A DNA stretch of 63,240 bases, the filler included, from Diploschistes diacapsis (lineage: Eukaryota), in assembly GCA_023645945.1 (NCBI GenBank). It is 24 parts of 24 records of this genome, joined end to end, with 100 filler letters (N's around TTAATTAATTAA, not from the genome) between each part and the next. Parts side by side here need not be neighbours in the genome. Positions count along the whole stretch, not along the records: positions 57,470 to 58,544 come from JALAIB010004067.1; positions 58,645 to 59,718 come from JALAIB010004068.1; positions 59,819 to 60,892 come from JALAIB010004069.1; positions 60,993 to 62,066 come from JALAIB010004070.1; positions 62,167 to 63,240 come from JALAIB010004071.1; 19 more parts are not named here. One strand, given 5' to 3'. The notes under the pieces are model-generated. The model worked only from the letters and a program-made list of their open reading frames with translations, did no database searches and was not told the origin of the DNA. A program made the translations under genes and the position numbers. This document shows positions 57,747 through 63,240 of the stretch, in pieces. Position 1 is the stretch's first letter. Each line of letters begins with the position of its first letter.

Positions 57747-58262
57747 TGTTACGATCCGAGGTAACTAAGTAATAGTTACTCGGTACGTCACAGCTAACCG
57801 GGGCGTTCCCCGACCATCCCTTCTGTATATAAATCAACCACGGATATTAGGTCACGTGACTAACAGACTTCCGGTGACAGATATTTATCAGAAATAGATC
57901 TGTCTGGACAGGTATTTATTAATAATAGTTCTATCGCGACAGTTTTACTATCGGCGGTTAATTGTCGTTCTAAATTATATAGGAACTGTCATAACCTGAG
58001 ACAGCCCAGCCCAGGGGCCTGCCAAGCTGGGCCTGCCAAGACACGGCAGGGTCAGGGGGTGGTTGTGTAGACGGGTAGTTCCCGAACCCCGGTAGGTTTA
58101 GCATTTATACTACTTAACGGTACCTTCTTTCCACCTAGATAGTTTCTTCTTCAGCTTTTCGAATCGAGATCTTTTATTTGTAAATGCTTAGTTATACGTA
58201 ATTCTTTCGGATTAGGCTTAGTTTTCGGTAGTATAATATCCTATTCTTACGCTGGCGTTTTA
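57747..58262 (+). repeat. LTR related to family C (from 57747) interrupted by LTR family D (57997-58262)
   Basis: TGTTACGATCCGAGG...TGTATATA...GGTCACGTGA resembles LTR C; TGAGACAGCCCAGCCCAGGGGCC...GCTGGCGTTT matches LTR D. Confidence 0.7.
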
Positions 58263-58980
58263 TATTCGAAAAGTTTATTTTATTTTCGCATTCGTGACGA
58301 GAGTTTAAAACGTTAATCGAATTAAGTATTCGAGTGAGTCCACGATAATTGAACTCGAAAGTATTATTTGCCGATTTATTATAAAAAATGGCTTTTGTTG
58401 GTAAAAAGGATTAAAAGAGAAGGAGAAAATTTATAATACCTCCGATTTTTAAAGAATCAACCGAGATCCTAATGATTGAAGAATATGATTTAGAAAACGA
58501 ATCGATAGTTAAAAAATAATCTATAAGGTATCCCGCGTTACGGCNNNNNNNNNNNNNNNNNNNNNNNNNNNNNNNNNNNNNNNNNNNNTTAATTAATTAA
58601 NNNNNNNNNNNNNNNNNNNNNNNNNNNNNNNNNNNNNNNNNNNNATATATAATGTTTTAAAAATGATTATAAACGGTAATATCCCGTTAATAACTAAAAT
58701 ATATTCGATCGTAGTTACCTACTCTTGTTTTCCTTTAATAACTTTTTAATTCGAGTCTGTTCGACTCGAAACGAAGGCTTTAAAAAAAGAACTATTATTA
58801 ATATTAAAACCTAACTCGTTCATATTATAGATATATTCGGGCGCGTATTATCCTTTATTATATTAAATTATTATTACATCGAACTACCGTTATATAACCT
58901 CGTAATTTATTATATTAAATTTATTAAACTCGATTTATCTTATCTAAATATTAATAATTTTAGGAAATCGTTTACGAAAT

Positions 58981-59718
58981 TGTAAGGCCAAGCAAGGAGC
59001 ATGCCAAGAGTCGGACAAGCGGCACTCAGGGTCTTGGCTTGCGGGTACTTGAAAGGGGATTTTACCTTTCTTACTCTCTTTTTTTCTTTAGTAATTAATC
59101 CTAACATAAATCTATTCTACGTATAACCATCTTGTTACATTGTCGTATTTTCTCCTTTACAGTTTTAATTACTTTATTTTTCTTAAAGACGACGATCCGA
59201 CAAGATGACACGTTTTTTATAACGTACACGTAGAGTAAACTCACGTAATTAAATTAAAATAAAAGAAAGTAAAAGAAAGGAAAGAAATGAACGATCTAGA
59301 ATTACTTTACTTAATAAAAAGGATTTAGATCATACCGAATAGTAAGAACGAGATTCGTAATTTAAAGATAAAACATTAGCAGGCGAGTCGTTAAAGCAAG
59401 AAGATGGTTTCGAATCTGTATTAAAGGATGTATTAAAAGCAGTAAAAAACATATTATTAAAAATAAGATAAGATATGAAGCTTAAAAAAAGCCAGGTAGT
59501 AGAGGCGAGAAAAGATGTCCTCGTTAAAAAAACAAAAAGAGTTGTTATTGAAGCAGCATTAACAGCCGAGATGATGTATAAGCGATAAATAAATTAGGAT
59601 CATTTAGATGTTATGGATCGCTACCGCGATATTAAACTAAATAAACTATCATCTTTTTATAAAAAAAACTATTCAGAAACATAACCGTTGGATAATAAAT
59701 ATAAAAAATATATTTATC
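58981..59718 (+). mobile_element. LTR family B 5' LTR (58981-59161) plus leader/gag start
   Basis: Collinear with 20456-21001. Confidence 0.82.
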
Positions 59719-59818
59719 NNNNNNNNNNNNNNNNNNNNNNNNNNNNNNNNNNNNNNNNNNNNTTAATTAATTAANNNNNNNNNNNNNNNNNNNNNNNNNN
59801 NNNNNNNNNNNNNNNNNN

Positions 59819-60408
59819 GTTATAATAATATCTATATAATATACTATACATTCGTTTTAAGCTGTCGACGGTTTTTTATTTCTAAACGGACGGTCAAATC
59901 GAAAATATTAATAAAAAAATAGAACAATATTTACGAACCTTCGTTTATTATTTATAAAAAAATTAGAAACGATTGTTACTTATAATAGAATTCGTTATCA
60001 ACGCGGTTAAATCGGAATTAATAAAATGTTCGCCATTTTTCGCTACCCGGGAATGCGAATTTCGGATATCTTTTGATATCGATAGAATAATAAAACAAAA
60101 AATTATTACTCGCGAAAAATAAATAATCGAAATATTAATATTATCGCCGAAATTATATAAGATATTTAGAATTTCGTTAAAAGATATATGATATTAATAT
60201 AATAACGATAAAAACGATACGCGGACGAATACCGACGTTTCGTTAAAAAGATTAATTCCGGCAACTCGATTTAATTAAATATATATAACATTAAAATCAT
60301 CCGGGTTTATAAGAAATTAAATAATAAATAAAACGGTTTTTATAATATTTTATAAAAAATAAACGATATAGATTTCGAATTAGATCTATTAACGTTAATA
60401 AAATAATT
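59819..60408 (+). mobile_element. Gypsy integrase C-terminal half, RIP-degraded
   Basis: KLSTVFYF*TDGQIENINKKIEQYLRTFV...IEFVIN...CSPFFA. Confidence 0.8.
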
Positions 60409-60892
60409 TTTGGGCAACGCATGTATTGAAGTCTAGATATCTAGAGATCTAATTAGAAGGAATAGTCTACATACAAACTCTTATACCAATAAGATCCACT
60501 AAGCCCTATAAACTTGTACTACTCCCGATTAGGATTAACAGGAACCCCAGTAGGTTTAACCGAACTGAACCTGAACCTAAAATTCAGCTAAACTTCCCAG
60601 CCATGCATTCTACCTACCTGTTCAACACTCCCCCACGGGCGGAACCATCGGCATATTCATTTAATCCAGTTAAATACCCTTTATACTAATCCAAGTCCTT
60701 TAACGAACATGTCGTGCTTAGCATAATTCAATAATTTCGTTAATCCGTCGACAACCATCTTATCTATAAATATATAAATAACATTAATACGGCCTCGTTT
60801 AACTAAATCCCGTATATAATAATAGACAATATCGATATACTTTAACTTATCGTTGATTTTCGCGTGTTTTATTAGATCTAAAGAACCCATAT
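60409..60892 (-). mobile_element. Ty1/Copia family A 3' end: RNase H, polypurine tract and 3' LTR (60409-60627)
   Basis: KYIDIVYYYIRDLVKRGRINVIYIFIDKMVVDGLTKLL; minus strand GTGGGGGAG|TGTTGAACAGG. Confidence 0.88.
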
Positions 60893-60992
60893 NNNNNNNN
60901 NNNNNNNNNNNNNNNNNNNNNNNNNNNNNNNNNNNNTTAATTAATTAANNNNNNNNNNNNNNNNNNNNNNNNNNNNNNNNNNNNNNNNNNNN

Positions 60993-61486
60993 ATCGTTGG
61001 TTATCTCGAAGGCCAGTCGGACCTATTTTTTAAATCCCGCGAAATTTTTAAACATTTTATAATTATTTTTTTAGTTTTTTAAATATACGTCGAGATAAGG
61101 TCTTATTTATGTTAATACGCGGTCACGTATAAATCTTACGACGAAGACTGTTCGTTTCTTTTAATCGTTTATGATGTGCGAATTTTAGTAGAAGTATATT
61201 AAAAATTAAAATATTTAGTATTTTAGTTTTTTTCGGTTTTTGTAGAACGTTATTAACTTTATAGTTTTTATAATAGGTTTTTTATACGATTTATCTTCGT
61301 TAGGTTTATCGTTACTTCTAAGGTCGTCGCCTTTAGCTTCCGCAGTGTCCGTTATCGGGACATCGGTTTCACCTAATGACGTTACTGCCTTAAATGCGCG
61401 AAATGATGCGGATTTAATTATCGGTGGCGATCGCCCGGTTATACTATCTATAATATTTATTCTTAAGGATATTCAAGTGTTATAAT
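60993..61486 (-). mobile_element. Family C LTR-retrotransposon leader/gag region with the last 9 bp of its 5' LTR
   Basis: 61170-61486 is collinear with 62170-62489, where the full LTR C follows. Confidence 0.7.
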
Positions 61487-62066
61487 TGTTGAGCAGACAG
61501 GCAGAAGGCATGGCTGGGAGTCTAACTAAGTTCCAGAGGGAGGTTCAGTTCAGCTGAACTTCCTAGAATCCCAACTAAACCGGTTTAGGAATAGTATAGA
61601 TAATAAGGCTTAGCGTATTTCATAAAGATAAAAGTCTATAAAATAAAATAACCTCCTAAATAAACCTCTAAACTTCAATACATCCATTACGTTGCTAAAT
61701 AGGTTATAAGCCCGAATTAACACCTACTTTACTACGCTTAATCGTTTATTAAAATTACGTCTCCCGGCAGTTATTACGATTACGAACGCGGGTACCGATT
61801 ACGCTACTTAACGCAGATTAAATCGAAGAAATCCAAAAACCTAGGATCTAAATCATAAAACCTTAGGGTAGACTGATTCAAAAATAGAAATTATATTACT
61901 TTAAAAGAACGCGGGACCTTAATACGTTGGCCTAAGATAGGCCTAAATAAGAAATAATTAGATCTAGATATCATTTATACAAGCCAACGAAAAACAACCT
62001 TCTTCTCTTTTTCGCCAATATCGAAGTTCAGTTAAACCACGCTGAACCCTTCGATTACCTTTATTT
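61487..62066 (+). mobile_element. Ty1/Copia family A 5' LTR (61487-61701), PBS and leader, nested in LTR C
   Basis: TGTTGAGCAGACAGG...|GGTTATAAGCCC (RIP-mutated PBS); reverse-complement match to 53990-54583. Confidence 0.85.
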
Positions 62067-62166
62067 NNNNNNNNNNNNNNNNNNNNNNNNNNNNNNNNNN
62101 NNNNNNNNNNTTAATTAATTAANNNNNNNNNNNNNNNNNNNNNNNNNNNNNNNNNNNNNNNNNNNN

Positions 62167-62936
62167 GTTATTTATAATATGCGAGTTTTAGTAGAAATAT
62201 ATTAAGAATTGAAATATTTAATGTTCTAATTTTTTTCGGTTTCTATAAAACGTTATTAATTTTATAGTTTTTATAATAAATTTTTTATATAATTTATCTT
62301 CGTTAGATTTATCGTTATTTCCGAGGTCGTCGCCTTTAGCTTCCGCTGTATCTTTTATACGGATATCGGTTTTATTTAATAACGTTATTACCCTAAATGC
62401 GCGAAATGTTGCGGATTTAATTATCGATAGCGATCGCCCGGTTATATTATTAATAATACTTATTTTTAAAGATGTTTAAGTATTATAATCTTTATTTATA
62501 TAAGATATACACGAATAAAATTAAGATAAATTTAATTTCTGTTAAAAGAAGAGTATGATAAAAAAAAAAGATAGAATAATTATAGATTTTAAACTGTTTC
62601 TAAAAAGAAGGTTTTTTAAATGATAAACATAACGAATATAGATTAATACCGAATAATAATTTAAAATATTTATAAAAATGAACACGTTTTCTTTTACGAA
62701 AGTAAAATCGTGTTTATATATAATTAACTCGCTCGCCGCTTACCGTAAATTTAACGAGCGATATTCTCGAAGCTCGCCGCTTACGAGAATAAACGCGATT
62801 ATTAAGCGATGGCGAAAGCTTGCTCGCCGCTTACGAGAATAAGCGCGAGCAGTGAGCGCATCACGTGACCCCTGGTCCCGTGACTGATCTATATACAAAG
62901 CTGGGACGTGCCAAGTCTGGTACTTGGATCGTAACA
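62167..62936 (-). mobile_element. Family C 5' LTR (62481-62936) plus internal leader
   Basis: Minus strand TGTTACGATCCAAGTACCAGAC... 456 bp, followed by internal sequence shared with 61170-61477. Confidence 0.8.
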
Positions 62937-63240
62937 ATAAGTTCGATAATATGGTTCTAAAGTTTATAATTAAATAATATTCGTAAACCTATTTCTTCTT
63001 AAAAGAGGTACAGTTATTAATAATATTCTTTAAAATTTTTTAAAAGATAATCATTTCTTTTCTTATTAATATTTTTATTAATACGAGTTTTTATTTTTCG
63101 TAATTAAATTTATTAATTAAGATTTTTTTTAATTCCGGTTCGGGAAATATCGTATAATATTCTTTTTTTATTTACCGTAGTCACCGTGATTATATATAAA
63201 CAGGATATATTAATATACGTACATCCGTTTAATTTAAAAG

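Overview
This is eukaryotic DNA from a filamentous ascomycete (Pezizomycotina): genes carry spliceosomal introns and transposons show RIP damage. It is not one locus. It is 24 assembly contigs joined by artificial 100-bp linkers (44 N + TTAATTAATTAA + 44 N). Two ~18.6-kb contigs (1-18646 and 30516-49144) are gene-rich. One ~1.07-kb contig holds a threonine aldolase fragment. The other 21 contigs of ~1.07 kb are AT-rich nests of RIP-decayed Gypsy, Copia, LINE and pogo/Fot1-type elements. In contig 1, an intact PTH11-like membrane protein gene and an intact SLATT-domain gene flank a ~10-kb lower-GC island of decayed genes. These are a DUF6594-like membrane protein, a caspase-like protease fused to a kinase-like domain, and, head-to-head with it, a kinase-Sel1-ankyrin protein with a multi-pass membrane tail. 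The island looks like the relic of a protease/kinase-controlled fungal immunity or cell-death module and is the best candidate for an undescribed system. Contig 12 carries a DHA1 MFS transporter, an RA-PH protein, an SDR and an F-box protein, with a second lower-GC accessory block (CorA-like protein, APH-like kinase, orphan ORFs). All family assignments come from recognising motifs by eye; no searches were run.
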